In this document: positions 35,752 to 46,554 of the stretch, piece after piece
Position numbering within the stretch: the stretch's first letter is position 1
How the letters are laid out: every line of letters starts with the position of its first letter
Source: Pristiophorus japonicus
Lineage: Eukaryota
DNA length: 64,000 nt
Assembly: GCF_044704955.1 (NCBI RefSeq)
Contig: NC_091983.1
Coordinates: 12,958,001-13,022,000, forward strand
Direction of reading: 5' to 3'
Translations under genes and position numbers: made by a program
Notes under the pieces: generated by a model
What the model saw: only the letters and a program-made list of their open reading frames with translations
Told to the model about the DNA's origin: nothing
The model's database searches: none

Positions 35752-37930
35752 AACCTTAGTCCTAGTAGGAGGAATACTGGGTAACCCCATCTTATACCAC
35801 GACCCAGCAGTAAGTTGCCCAGACGGCTATCAAGGAAATATTTCCACTACAAACTCAATCTTTTGCAGAAAATGCCAAAGGAACAAAAGGCTCAGATACC
35901 ACATGTTGGGAGCAAGGTAATGGTAAAAATAAACCTCAAAAAGCCAGGATTCTCACCAAAATGGACAGGCCCTCACGAGGTAATAATGGTAAGCGACACG
36001 TGCGCGTGCATGGCGATAGGTGGAACCGGACGGTGGAAACGACTTGAAGTGGAATGGACAAGCCCGGATAAGGGACACTCATGGCAGAACCAATCATAGA
36101 CATGCATGAAAAGCTCGGACCAAGGAAATCCACACAGGTGTGGGGGGGGTAAGATGTAACTTCACCAGAGAGGCAGAGGGGACTACCCCCATAACCATCA
36201 GGGAATCACAATACGGTAACGGTTCCTTATGGGGAATGTTCGTGTGCAAGATAGAGATCCCAACCACCACAATAGCCTCAACCACAACGACCCCAGAACC
36301 CCCAGGATGCCCAAACATGACACAGGGGGCAAGCGGAGGACTAGTAATAAAAAGAACTAAAGACAAAATCCACTTCGGGGTACGCCAAAGGGGTAGTGTT
36401 AAACCTAACGGATATAACTATCCCACTGTTTTGCGTTAAGAAAACTATAAGCTTATATAAAAATCCTAAGAGCCCTTGAGGGGCCTGAATCCAAGACCAT
36501 GAAGTTCAATGTAAAAAAGCCGAACAAAAGCGGGAAAGGCGGGAGTAGAGGGGATTATTGGAAATGGTGGGCGCGGGATATGCGGCGGGCGTTGCGACGG
36601 TTAAAATAATAAATCTTCAAACAATAGAAGAGCAGGTCATCACCCTCACACAGACCTTAAAAGGACTGCTGGAAATGGGAGATGATAACGAGAAAATGCA
36701 GGCCCAGCTAGGGGACGGGCTGGAACGGGAACTGCTACAGGTTGCCCATACATTATTGCAGGACCATGCAAAAACAATAAATTTGGTCAACCAGGCTGGA
36801 CAAACTATGAGTAAAAGAATGGCGGCCGAGATATTGTGTGGGATATGGGGCTTGGATGCTCAATACGGTAGAACATAACCTAGAACAACTCCAGAATGGG
36901 GAGGTGCCGGATTGGATAACCAATGATGTATTTGCTGAAAGGACAGTGGGCAAGAATGACACCCAAACCTGTGAGGTCCAGAGGATTAGCCATGCCTGGG
37001 TCCCTAAGAACAGGTGTGTAACTGGACATCAGAATATAATAGGGTTTGTGTTATCAATACCACAATACGACATGACAAAGGGAAACACATTGTACCAAGT
37101 AAGCAATATAGGAGAAATAAGGAATCAGAACCGTGTGCGATATCACAAATTGCACCAGTACGTAATTAAAAAGGGAAACAATACCAAAGGTGTCTATATT
37201 AAAGATTGTTATAAGAATAATCAAGTTGTTTTATGCCAAGAGCACCCAGACCTCGATAACAACGACTGTGGATATGGCCAAACAGAAGGATGTGCATTGA
37301 GTGTCACAACGCTGACACTGGACTCCGAAACGACCGCAGCCTCACAAGGAAAGGGAGGATGGTGTGTGAGCATCATGGCGGTCAATATGACGGTGGGGGG
37401 AGTTACCCACTGTCCTATCATGACCACCGACTTCTGTTTTGTGCCAAAAGAAGTCGTCGATATTGAGATATATCATATATCCGGAATTGAAAGGAGAATC
37501 CGTCAATGGGACTGCGGTGGACACTATCAAGGTATAAAGATTTCGAGGAACCACAAGGACGACATATACCCAGACTTAGTGAAGAACAAACTAAGTTGGA
37601 ACAGGACATCCATGAACAACGGCAGAAGTACATCATCCTGAAGATGGACAACTCCAGAAGGACACTAAAGAAATGTTGTCAAACCAACCCTGGTATGCGA
37701 GACTTTGGAACTTTGGACTAAACGTGCAGGTGTACCCCTGGATAAAAATAATATCCCATGTATTGGTGATTGTGCAATGTGTGATTTTAATGGTATTGTT
37801 GATTGAATTATGGTGATGTAGTAAACGACGGGCGAGGAAAGGCATAGCTCAGGCCCCCATAAAAGCCTTAGAAGAAACTAAACCTTTATTATCTGAGGAA
37901 AAATCTGTAAAACAGGTAAATGGTGTGTAA
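35752..37930 (+). pseudogene. env: ERV env, F-protein-like class I fusion glycoprotein (degenerate)
   Basis: Branch point CTAACTAAC (35708) and acceptor TTTTACAG (35751). Basic cleavage site RERRE*R then GLLEMVGAGYAAGVATV (36552). Heptad-like segment, Cys-rich region, W-rich segment PWYARLWNFG, TM IISHVLVIVQCVILMVLLI (~37750-37805), and tail EETKPLL ending TAA 37930. Confidence 0.8.
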
Positions 37931-38074
37931 AGGGAAAGAGATACGAGAAGCCATCCGAAAGTAAGGGCTTGGCCACCCACTCGGACGGATTAAGCTGACA
38001 ATATCACTTCCCCTTTGGATGAAATAACGAGGGGACGGCACATTGGCCTATCTTGGGTTATATAGCCAAGGGCC

Positions 38075-38085
38075 AAAAGGGGGGA
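38075..38085 (+). promoter_or_regulatory. polypurine tract of the ERV
   Basis: AAAAGGGGGGA, 1 nt before the 3' LTR. Confidence 0.85.
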
Positions 38086-38086
38086 T

Positions 38087-38483
38087 TGCAAGAACAAGAT
38101 TGATCATCAAAGATGTTATCTGGCTATTATGGAGGCCCTGAGCTGGCTAAACAAAAGATATGCTTAAAACTGCACATACACAAGTTGATCTCGGGCTCAA
38201 GGGAGCAATATAACACGAGCAACACTTGGAAGAAGGGAACAAATGGGTATTTGATCATGTGTTGGTACAACCAATCACGTCACTGTTAAGGTCTGTCCAC
38301 GAGGACACCCATGTGCTAAACCCTGTATAAAATTGAACAGCTCGTTGGAGATCCTCTCTCAGGCTGCTGAGAAGTGAGATGCTCCCCCTTCACGTGTTGG
38401 AATTAAAGTCATTGAAACTTATCCAAGGTATCAGTCTGTTGAATCCAGGCTTGTTGAGAGGAGAAGGGCGATTCTCCCAATCA
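38087..38483 (+). mobile_element. 3' LTR of the ERV (397 bp)
   Basis: Colinear with the 5' LTR, with about 10 substitutions in the last ~255 aligned bp by hand count, plus indels. Confidence 0.93.
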
Positions 38484-39989
38484 GGTCCACTTCCAAAATA
38501 ACAAAGCACTATTTTCATTCATTTGTTTCAATTTACTTCAGTTATCTCTCTGGTCATAAAATGATTCATAGTGCAGCCTGAAATATATGGTGAGTCAGTG
38601 TGGTGTTGACCTGTCTATCATGGAATGCAGTAATAAGCTTCCTGTGCTGTTTCTAGAAACATGGGAACAGCAGTGGGCCATTCAGCCCTTAAAATCTGTT
38701 CCGCCATTTACTTAGATCATGGCTAATTTGTACCTCAACTCCATTTACCCACTATAAACCAGTAGATTGTTAGTGGAGACGTGCTACATATATATATAAA
38801 AAATAAATTTCGATTCATAACCACCACAACCAGCTTCCTATGGGAGCTGCCTTTGGCCGTGAGCACAAGGGTGGAAGACTGTCAAATTGTTGCATACTAA
38901 ATCCATAAGTGGATGGTCACAGTCTCACTGAATCCACATCAATACGCTAATTGAGCAAACAGCTATGAGAAAGTACAAAGCTTTCATTATGCACCAGTCG
39001 TTCAATTCAAGAGCAAGAAAACATTTCTATAATCAGCACATCCAAAGGAAACAAACATGGTCAGTAGCTCAGCTCTTTCAAATCATCAGATCTGATAAAG
39101 AACCCAGCAACCTGTACCTGCTTATCCAGTGAGCCACAAGTTGACATCCAATTGCCAGAACCAATTAGACAAATACATAAGTAAATAAAACAATTAAAAA
39201 TCAGAGATTTGAAAAAATCTTTTACACTGGGGAATCGTTACAACCTGGAATTCTCGGCCACGTTGTCCGTAAACACATTTAAAAGGGAATTTGTTGTTTG
39301 ATAAAGGACGTGGTGAGTATTGTGGGATTAGACTAGGTGGCTCATGGAGAGTAACATCAGTGCAGACTTATAAAGGGTTGAGTCACCTATTTCTGTGCTG
39401 CAACATTCCATGATTCTGAAACTCATAATATGCACACCACATTTTTTAGTTCTTACTGAAAAATATTTACTTCCCCAGGATTTATAAAAAATAATTAATT
39501 TCACCCAATTTTCCAGCTTTTAAAAAAAAGTGTTCCATTATTCTCTGAACAAACCTTTAAAACAAGAAACTCTGGATTTGCATTTAAATGCTGCTGGCAC
39601 CTCAAAAACAATCTCTGTCTGTCCTGCCTTCTGATCAGCCAAACAGCAATATACACTACACCGAGAATGAACACTGAACTTTTGCACAAAACTTTTCTTA
39701 ACTCTGCATCTGCATTACATTTTTCCCCCTCCACTTTACACTGAACATTGATTATTCCCCCAGTTTTCACCACTCTGAACAATCTATAATAAACCACGCA
39801 AAAGTCCCAGCACTTGTTTCCCAACCATAAACACCCCACTGTAGCATCGGTCAAAAGATTATGGGGCACAACTGGGAATTTTATTTTGGCAATTCAATGA
39901 TAAAGGAATTGTTTTAGGGCGAATTCACACTGTGACTGGCATTAGTGCAAAACAGTCTTCCACAAACCCTTCAGTTGTATACGCACTCT

Positions 39990-41215
39990 AGACAGCTTGC
40001 ATTTATATAGCGCCTGTAACATAGTAAAACAACCCACAGCATTTCACAGGGGCATAATCAGACAAAAATGGACACCTAGTCCAAGAGTGAGATATTAGAA
40101 GGGTTGACTAAAAGCTTGGTCAAATGGATGGGTTTTAAGAAGGGTCTTAAATGGAGGAGAGGATTAGCCTAGTGCATAGCTTGATGGTACGGCAGCCAAA
40201 GGTGGGGTGGAGAGTGTGGGGGGGGCGCACAAGAAGCCAGAGTGACAGGAATGCAGAATTCTTGGAGGGTTGGAGGAGCTTACAAAGATAGGGCAGTCTT
40301 GGAAGGATTTAAACAGGAGGATATATACAGGTGGAACCTGATCAACAACCACTTGTATTTATATAGCGCCTTTAACGGAGTAAAACGTCCTAAGGAGCTT
40401 CGCAGCTTTATTAAATAAAATTTGGCACGAAGCCACATAAGGAGAACTTAGGGCAGATGACCAAAAGCTCGGTCAAAGAGGTCAATTTTAAGGAGCGTCT
40501 TAAAGGAGGAGAGGTTTAGGATGGGAAATCCAAAGTTAAGGGCCCAGGCAGCTGAAGGCATGACCACCAATGGTGGATGAATTAAAATTGAGGATGCGCA
40601 AGAGGCCAGAATTGGAAGGGCACAGATATTTCGGTAGGTTGTAGGGTTGGAGGAGGTAAGAGAGATATAGAGGGGCGATGCCATGGAGGTATTTGAAAAC
40701 AGGGATGAGAATTTTTTTTTTTTTTTTTTAAATGGAGGTGTTACTTAACCAGGAGCCAATGTAGGTCAGCGAACACAGGGATGATGGATGAACGGGACTT
40801 GATGAGAGTTCGGATACGGACAGCAGAGTTTTGAATGAGCTTAAGTTTAGGAAGGATGGAAGCTGGTAGGCCATCCAGGAGTGTGTTGAAAGAGTCAAAT
40901 TCAGAGTTATCAAAAGGCACGGATGAAAGTTTCAGGAGCAGATGAGCTGAGGCAGGGGCGGAGTTGGGCGATGTTATGTAAATAGGCGGTCATAGTGATG
41001 GCGCGGATGTGGTCGGAAGCTCACCTCGGGGTCAAATATGACAAGGTTGCGAACAGTCTGGTTCAGCCTCAGACAGTTGCCAGGGAGATGGGATGGAGTC
41101 GGTGGCTAGGGAACAGAAGTTTCAGCAGGGACCGAATACAATGGCTTTGGTAGTCCCAATATTTAGTTGGAAAAAAATCTCTGCGCATCCAGTACTGGAT
41201 GTCAAGCAAACTGAC
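39990..41215 (-). mobile_element. two adjacent L2 LINE 3' fragments
   Basis: Reverse complement of the L2 tail (ATTTATATAGCGCC) at ~40000 and ~40357, with L2 RT C-terminal sequence. Confidence 0.75.
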
Positions 41216-41615
41216 AGTTTATGATCCTATGTCTTCGAGTTATTCCATCATCTTTGCACTAGACACTATCAAAGATTTCCCATTTGTGTGCCATACATAA
41301 CCAATTCAATTTTTTTTTGCACAAAGGTTTGGAGTTAAGCAAATACAATTAGTGCCACAAATTGCTTTTACTAGTGGAATATAACCAGACAAAAACAGAA
41401 AGTAGTCCATACAGGGCAGGTGCTATTGAAAATGGCAGCAACATCTTAGTACATTAATCTTAATGCTATATATAAGGTAAGGCAGTAAGTTCATGATGGG
41501 TCCCACATAAACGGGTATTTATGCAGTATTAATGTTAGTGATTAATAAAAAATAACGTGTAGCTGTGAAGGGAACGATTGCAATAATTGTTTCATTCGCA
41601 AAACAGTTCAGTAGT

Positions 41616-43814
41616 TTACACAAACGAATTGGTGCTTTCTGGATTGACGCGAATGATCCGGGATCCATTGCGGAGATCCTGGAGTTGTTTGGCCGGCGTT
41701 CCAACTCCTTCCTCGAACCGTCTCTCCACCACGGGGAGGACAGTCTCGTACAGGAAGGAAACGTTCTCGCGAATGAAGACTTTCTTCTCCGGGTCCTGCT
41801 CGCAGCGCAGGCTGTAGTCGACGTGCTGCACGGCCACCAGGATGATCTCGCGGAGGCTCTCCAGAAGGACCATGTGCAGTTCGGGGAAGTAGAGCTTCAG
41901 CCCTTCCTCCAAGAAGGCCATCAGCTGCTTGGTGAAGGCCACGATGGTGTAGCTGAGGTTGACCCAGCAGTCGTCGCCCGTGTACTGATCAAAATTCGTG
42001 ATGCCGCTGCCCTTCATCTCCTCCTTCAGCTTCGCCAAGGCCTCGGGCGTCATCAGGTTCATCTTCCTCCACATCTCCTCGGAGTTGCGGTGCTTGGTGG
42101 CCTCCACGATGATGCCCTTGTAGCTGTGGAGGGCGGCCTTGATGTCCTTGACCAGCAGGGCCTGGAGGGTGAAGGTGAGGTCCAGGCCGATCTCACTGAG
42201 CTTGCTGCAGTGCTCCTTGGCCACCTCCACGCACTCGGCTGTGGTGGACAGGCTCTCCTTGCTGTCGAACACCTGCTTGCTGAAGGCGTCGACGAAGAGG
42301 CGGGTGGCCGAGCGCGACCACACCACGAAGGCCGAGTAGCAGCCGCTGTCACCGGCGAAGTCCATCTCGAACTCCCTGGCCGTGTCCAGCAGGCCGGTGA
42401 AGAAGATGTTACAGAGCTTGTGGATGTAGAGCAAGGTGGCGCCCTCGATGCGCAGCTGGCGGATGGCTGTCTGCACGGCGGCCGCGCGGTTCTTCAGGAA
42501 GAGCTCGCAGGCCTTGGTCGACTGGCCGAGGCGGATGAGCTGCGAGACGGCGCGCCGGGTGGCCCGCGGGCCGCCGCGCAGCGAGCGGCCGGGCGACAGC
42601 TCGTAGACCAGCACGTCGGTGAGCCGGCGGACCCGCTGCTCCACCCGGCCGCGCAGCTGGCGCACCCCGGGCTGGCCGGCCGCCCCGCGCAGGTAGTCGG
42701 ACAGCTTGTCCAGCAGGTCGACCGCCCCTTCGAAGTCACGCTGGGCGATGCAGACGTCCAGGTCCTCGGGCAGCTCTTGGATCCACTCCAGGCTCAGGTC
42801 CACCAGCTCCAGGGCCGGGGGCTCCTCCTGCTCGTCGAACGGGTTGGCCTTGGACGACAGAGACGGCGGCGGCCGCGACTTCTTCGTCTTCTCCTCCTCC
42901 TCGGCCGCCAGCAGCAGCAGCAGGGCCTCGGCCTTCTCCACCTCCAGGCGCTCGGTCAGCGCCTTGGTCTTCTTGGTCTGGTCCAGGATCTCCAGCCACT
43001 CCTTCTTGACCTTGGCGTTCTCGGCCTGGAAGACCCGCGTGTCGGGGAACATGAGCACCTTGAACATGTCGCGCATGGGCCCGTTGTCCTTGACGTTGAC
43101 CACGGCGAAGCTGTCGAGGCGGTAGAGCGCGTCGTAGCGGTAGCGCACGGCGCCGCGGCGGCTGGGCAGCCAGGCGGCCACCAGCAGGCAGTCGTTCATC
43201 AGGAAGGCGTGCACCCGCTGCACCTGCGCCGCCGTCTCGGCGTCGCACTCCAGCAGGTCGCCGTTGTAGACCAGGTAGCGGCCGGGCGCCTGCAGCAGGT
43301 CCTGGCAGCCCTCCACTTTCTCCAGCAGGGTGGTGAGGGTGCGCTGCTTGTGCTCCTCGGCCTCCCGCGGCAGCAGCAGGAACGCCTCGGAGGAGGAGGA
43401 GGAGGTGGTGGTGGCGGTGGTGGTGCTGCCGCCGCCGCCGCCGGACGAGGAGGTCCCCTGCTGCAGCTGGCGGGAGCCCTGCTGCTGGAGCTGCTCCCGG
43501 TCGGCCGTCAGCAGCAGCTGGGTCAGGCCGTCCATGATGCCCTTCTGCTCGGTGAGGATGTGGCTGAGCTGGTACATCTCGCTCTCCAGGTAGCTGATCT
43601 CCCGCGCCGTCTCGATGAACTGCCGGTAGTTCTTGTAGACGTTCTTCTTCAGGTTCTGCGCCGTCTCGTCGGCCAGGCTCTGGATCTTGTGCCGGTGCTC
43701 CTGCAGGTCGCGGTCGCCGTCCGACTGCTGCGACAGCTGCTTGACGTACAGGCCCGGCTCGAAGCGCGGCGCCTCCAGCTGGCGCCGGAGCTTGGAGGCC
43801 CCGTCCGCCGCCAT
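41616..43814 (-). CDS. EXOC8: exocyst complex component 8 (Exo84), single exon, 732 aa
   Basis: LRRQLE..F....YVKQLSQQSDGDRDLQEHR, PH-like region GRYLVYNGDL, WIQELPEDLDVCIAQRDFEGAVDLL, and C-terminus RVNPESTNSFV. ATG at 43814. Intronless and head-to-head with SPRTN as in mammals. Confidence 0.98.
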   Translation of the reverse strand: MAADGASKLRRQLEAPRFEPGLYVKQLSQQSDGDRDLQEHRHKIQSLADETAQNLKKNVYKNYRQFIETAREISYLESEMYQLSHILTEQKGIMDGLTQLLLTADREQLQQQGSRQLQQGTSSSGGGGGSTTTATTTSSSSSEAFLLLPREAEEHKQRTLTTLLEKVEGCQDLLQAPGRYLVYNGDLLECDAETAAQVQRVHAFLMNDCLLVAAWLPSRRGAVRYRYDALYRLDSFAVVNVKDNGPMRDMFKVLMFPDTRVFQAENAKVKKEWLEILDQTKKTKALTERLEVEKAEALLLLLAAEEEEKTKKSRPPPSLSSKANPFDEQEEPPALELVDLSLEWIQELPEDLDVCIAQRDFEGAVDLLDKLSDYLRGAAGQPGVRQLRGRVEQRVRRLTDVLVYELSPGRSLRGGPRATRRAVSQLIRLGQSTKACELFLKNRAAAVQTAIRQLRIEGATLLYIHKLCNIFFTGLLDTAREFEMDFAGDSGCYSAFVVWSRSATRLFVDAFSKQVFDSKESLSTTAECVEVAKEHCSKLSEIGLDLTFTLQALLVKDIKAALHSYKGIIVEATKHRNSEEMWRKMNLMTPEALAKLKEEMKGSGITNFDQYTGDDCWVNLSYTIVAFTKQLMAFLEEGLKLYFPELHMVLLESLREIILVAVQHVDYSLRCEQDPEKKVFIRENVSFLYETVLPVVERRFEEGVGTPAKQLQDLRNGSRIIRVNPESTNSFV

Positions 43815-44410
43815 CACTAGCGCACGGGAAAGGGGGGCGGGTGGGTAGGTGAGGGTGAGACTCGAGTTAGGCCGCAGCCAGAGCTGGGCCTTGCTGCTGC
43901 TGCCGCCACTCGAGTTTCAAAGCGCGTCCAGGCCCAACCGTCCGTCACCCGCCCGCTCGCGCCGCCAACTGACAGCCGCTCGCGCGCCGCCCTGTTCTGC
44001 CCCGCGGCTTCCGATTGGCCAGCCAGCGGTGATTTCCAGCCCGCCCATTGGTCGGATCGTTTCTCCCCCCCCCCCACCCCACCACCACCCCCGGCTCTCC
44101 AACAGCTTCTGATTGGTCCGCTTGACGATATTTTTTGCAGCCCGAACCCATTGGTCGGATCGTTTCCCTGACCCTCTTCGGTAACTTCCGATTGGCCGGT
44201 GGACGATCTTCTCCAGTCCGTTTATTGGTCGGATTAGTTCCCCTTGCCCCCCCCCCCTTCCCTCCCATGGCTTCCGATTGGCCGGTCGGCGACGCTTTCC
44301 AGCCCCGCCCATTGGTTCACCCTTCCATCATGTGACCTGCGGCGGGGCGGGGACAAGGCAGTGAGGCGAACTGCGCATGCCCGTTGACAGTTGAAGCTGG
44401 GAGCCGGAGG
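43815..44410. promoter_or_regulatory. bidirectional CpG-island promoter EXOC8/SPRTN
   Basis: Eight ATTGG (reverse CCAAT) at 44014, 44047, 44112, 44150, 44191, 44224, 44277 and 44311. GC box at 44341-44352, NRF1-like TGCGCATGC at 44372, CHR-like TTTCAAA at 43915. Confidence 0.85.
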
Positions 44411-44670
44411 ATGGAAGCTGACATGTTGCTGGCGCTACAGCTGCAGGCGGCCTGGGAGAGGGAGGCCGCCGCCGCCGCCCAGAGCTCGGGTCCCGCCGTC
44501 CAGAGCCCGGGGCCCGCCGACGGCCAGGCGCCGCTCTCGGTGGTGGACGGGTCGTGGGAGCTGATCGACCCGAACCCCGACCTGAGGGGCCTCTACCTGC
44601 AGTTCAACGAGCGCTACTTCTGGGGCCGGCTGGCCGGAGTGGAGGTGCGCTGGAGCCCGCGCATGACGCT
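44411..44670 (+). CDS. SPRTN: SPRTN exon 1 (DNA-dependent metalloprotease Spartan)
   Basis: MEADMLLALQLQ...SVVDGSWELIDPNPDLRGLYLQFNERYFWGRL..VEVRWSPRMT; donor CT|GTGAGT. Confidence 0.95.
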
Positions 44671-44749
44671 GTGAGTGGCGGGGAGGCGCCGGGCCCCGGT
44701 CCGGGCTGGATGTACAGTTCAGGTCCCCACATTACAGCATCGCACTAGC

Positions 44750-45600
44750 GAGGGCGCAGGGGAGATTTACCAGAAGGCTAATCTCTGAGCAGCGCCAAAA
44801 CAAGAAGGGGATTTCAACAACCTTAGACAATAGATAACAAGGCTGTTTGGCCTTAAAAAATAAGGGTGGGACTAACAAATCTAGTGCCCCCTGGGTGTCA
44901 AGGGGCATACAGGGTAGGATAAAGAAAAAAAGGGAGGCTTATGACAAACCGAGGGCTCAATACTGCAGAAACCCTAGAGGAGTATAGAAAGTGCAGGAAT
45001 GAAATTAAAATGAAATTAGGAGAGCAAAGTGAGAGAGCATGAAAAAATATTGGCAAGTAAAATCAAGGAAAACCCAAAGATGTTTATAAATACATTAAGA
45101 GCAAGAGAATAACTAAGGAAAGAGTAGGACCTATTAGAGATACCAAAAAAGCAACCTATGCGTGGAGACAGAAAATTTGGGTATGGTTCTTAATGAATAC
45201 TTTGTGTCTATCTTCACAAAAGAGAGGGACAATGCAGACATTGTAGTTGAGGAGGATTGTGAAATATTAGAGAGAGGGGAAGTACTAAGAGGTTTAGCAT
45301 CTTTGAAAGTAGATAAGTCGCCAGGCCCGGATGAAATGTATCCCAGGCTATTGAGAGGTAAGGGGGGAAATAGCAGAGGCTCTGACCAATATTTTCCAAT
45401 CCTCTCTGTCCACAGGTGTGGTGCTGGAGGACTGCTAACATTTTATTGTTTAAAAAGAAGGAAAGGGATTAATTACAAGCCTGACCTCGGTGATGGGAAA
45501 ATTACTGGGCAAAATTCTGAGGGACAGTATAAATCATCATTTAGAAAATCGTGGATTAATCAGGGACAGTCAATGTGGATCTGTTACGGCAAGATTGTGT
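44750..45600 (+). mobile_element. degenerate CR1 internal fragment in SPRTN intron 1
   Basis: Peptides LNEYFVSIFTKE and DKSPGPDEMYPRLL. Confidence 0.75.
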
Positions 45601-45845
45601 CTTTTCTTTTCCCTCCGCCCGCCCCCCCCCCATTCCCCCTCATCTCTCTCCCCCATTCCCCCTTCCGCCTCCCTCGTTCCGCCCCCACTGTGTGCACAAA
45701 GATAATTGTGTCTGTTGACTTGCATCAGACATCAATGTAATATTCACAATAGCCATGTGTTACATCTGCCTTTGTTTATGGTGGCTGCTTTGCTGTTTCC
45801 CTATGCTGAATTAATGGGTGCTGACCTATTGTGGATTTGTTGCAG

Positions 45846-45945
45846 ATGCGCAGGGGTGTGCTGTTATGAGGGGAGAGGAGGCCTATGCTCGATTCGCATC
45901 AGTGAACCGCTGCTGAAACTGCGGCCCAGGCGAGACTTGGTTGAG
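45846..45945 (+). CDS. SPRTN: SPRTN exon 2
   Basis: CAGVCCYEGRGGLCSIRISEPLLKLRPRRDLVE; AG/GT bounded, 100 nt, phase consistent. Confidence 0.95.
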
Positions 45946-46146
45946 GTATGTGTCGAGTAGCATCGGTGCCACATTTCCCAGTGTTTTGTCCTACAGGAGA
46001 CCTGCTACTGGTAACGGGATCCTCGAGCCTAAATGTTTTTGGGCAGCTGTTGCAATCGTGGGTTTGCAGTACAAGGAGTGCAGGAGGAGACCATTCAGCC
46101 CCTCAAGTCTGTTCCGCCATTTAGTTAGATTGTGGTTGTCCCTGTA

Positions 46147-46554
46147 CAGCAGGAGCAGTGAGGTCGGGGCGAAGGAGCAGCGAGAGATTGTAGAGGGATG
46201 TGATCGGGGCCCGGGAGAGACTTGAGTTTAGGGCTCAGAAGAGGCAAGGGCCCAGGGGCAGCACGGGCCCAGCCCACACTGCGATATGTGTGCGCACTAG
46301 GTCCGTGCAGCAGCGCTGGTCTCCAGTCGTCTTGGTTAATCCTTGCCACTGGACCAAGACCGAGCTCTGTCAAACCCGTGTGGTGGCTGGTGTGCAACGG
46401 CCACCACACGTTAAAAAAATCCACGCACAGACATCTTCCACCCTTCAAGATTTAGTTCGGGACCTGGAATATTAGGTCCTTCATTGAAACACCTGTGAAC
46501 TTTTTGACATGGATGCAAGTCATCCTCGATTGGAGGGACTGCCTATGATGATGA
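46147..46554 (+). mobile_element. non-autonomous retroposon (SINE-like) with RTE-type 3' tail and 14-bp TSD
   Basis: TSD TGGTTGTCCCTGTA at 46133-46146 and 46555-46568. Tail GCAAGTCATCCTCG..GAGGGACTGCCTATGATGATGA resembles the RTE 3' end at 17182-17225. Confidence 0.8.

Larger units (their letters stand above)
26237..38483 (+). mobile_element. endogenous retrovirus (defective provirus: LTR-gag-pro-pol-env-LTR), snakehead-retrovirus/lokiretrovirus-like
   Basis: Paired LTRs (TG...CA), 5-bp TSD GGTCC (26232-26236 and 38484-38488), PBS and PPT, and gag/pro/RT/IN/env motifs in retroviral order. The family assignment is an inference. Confidence 0.93.

Noticed and set aside
35857-36099. Possible second acceptor (TTTTGCAG) plus ATG giving a small accessory ORF (MPKEQ...)
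   Set aside because: Better explained as the duplicated integrase tail landing in env; the sequence is part of the Cys-rich env frame.
41565-43820. 751-aa ORF antisense to EXOC8
   Set aside because: Shadow ORF from very high GC3 codon usage; GTG start and no recognisable motifs.
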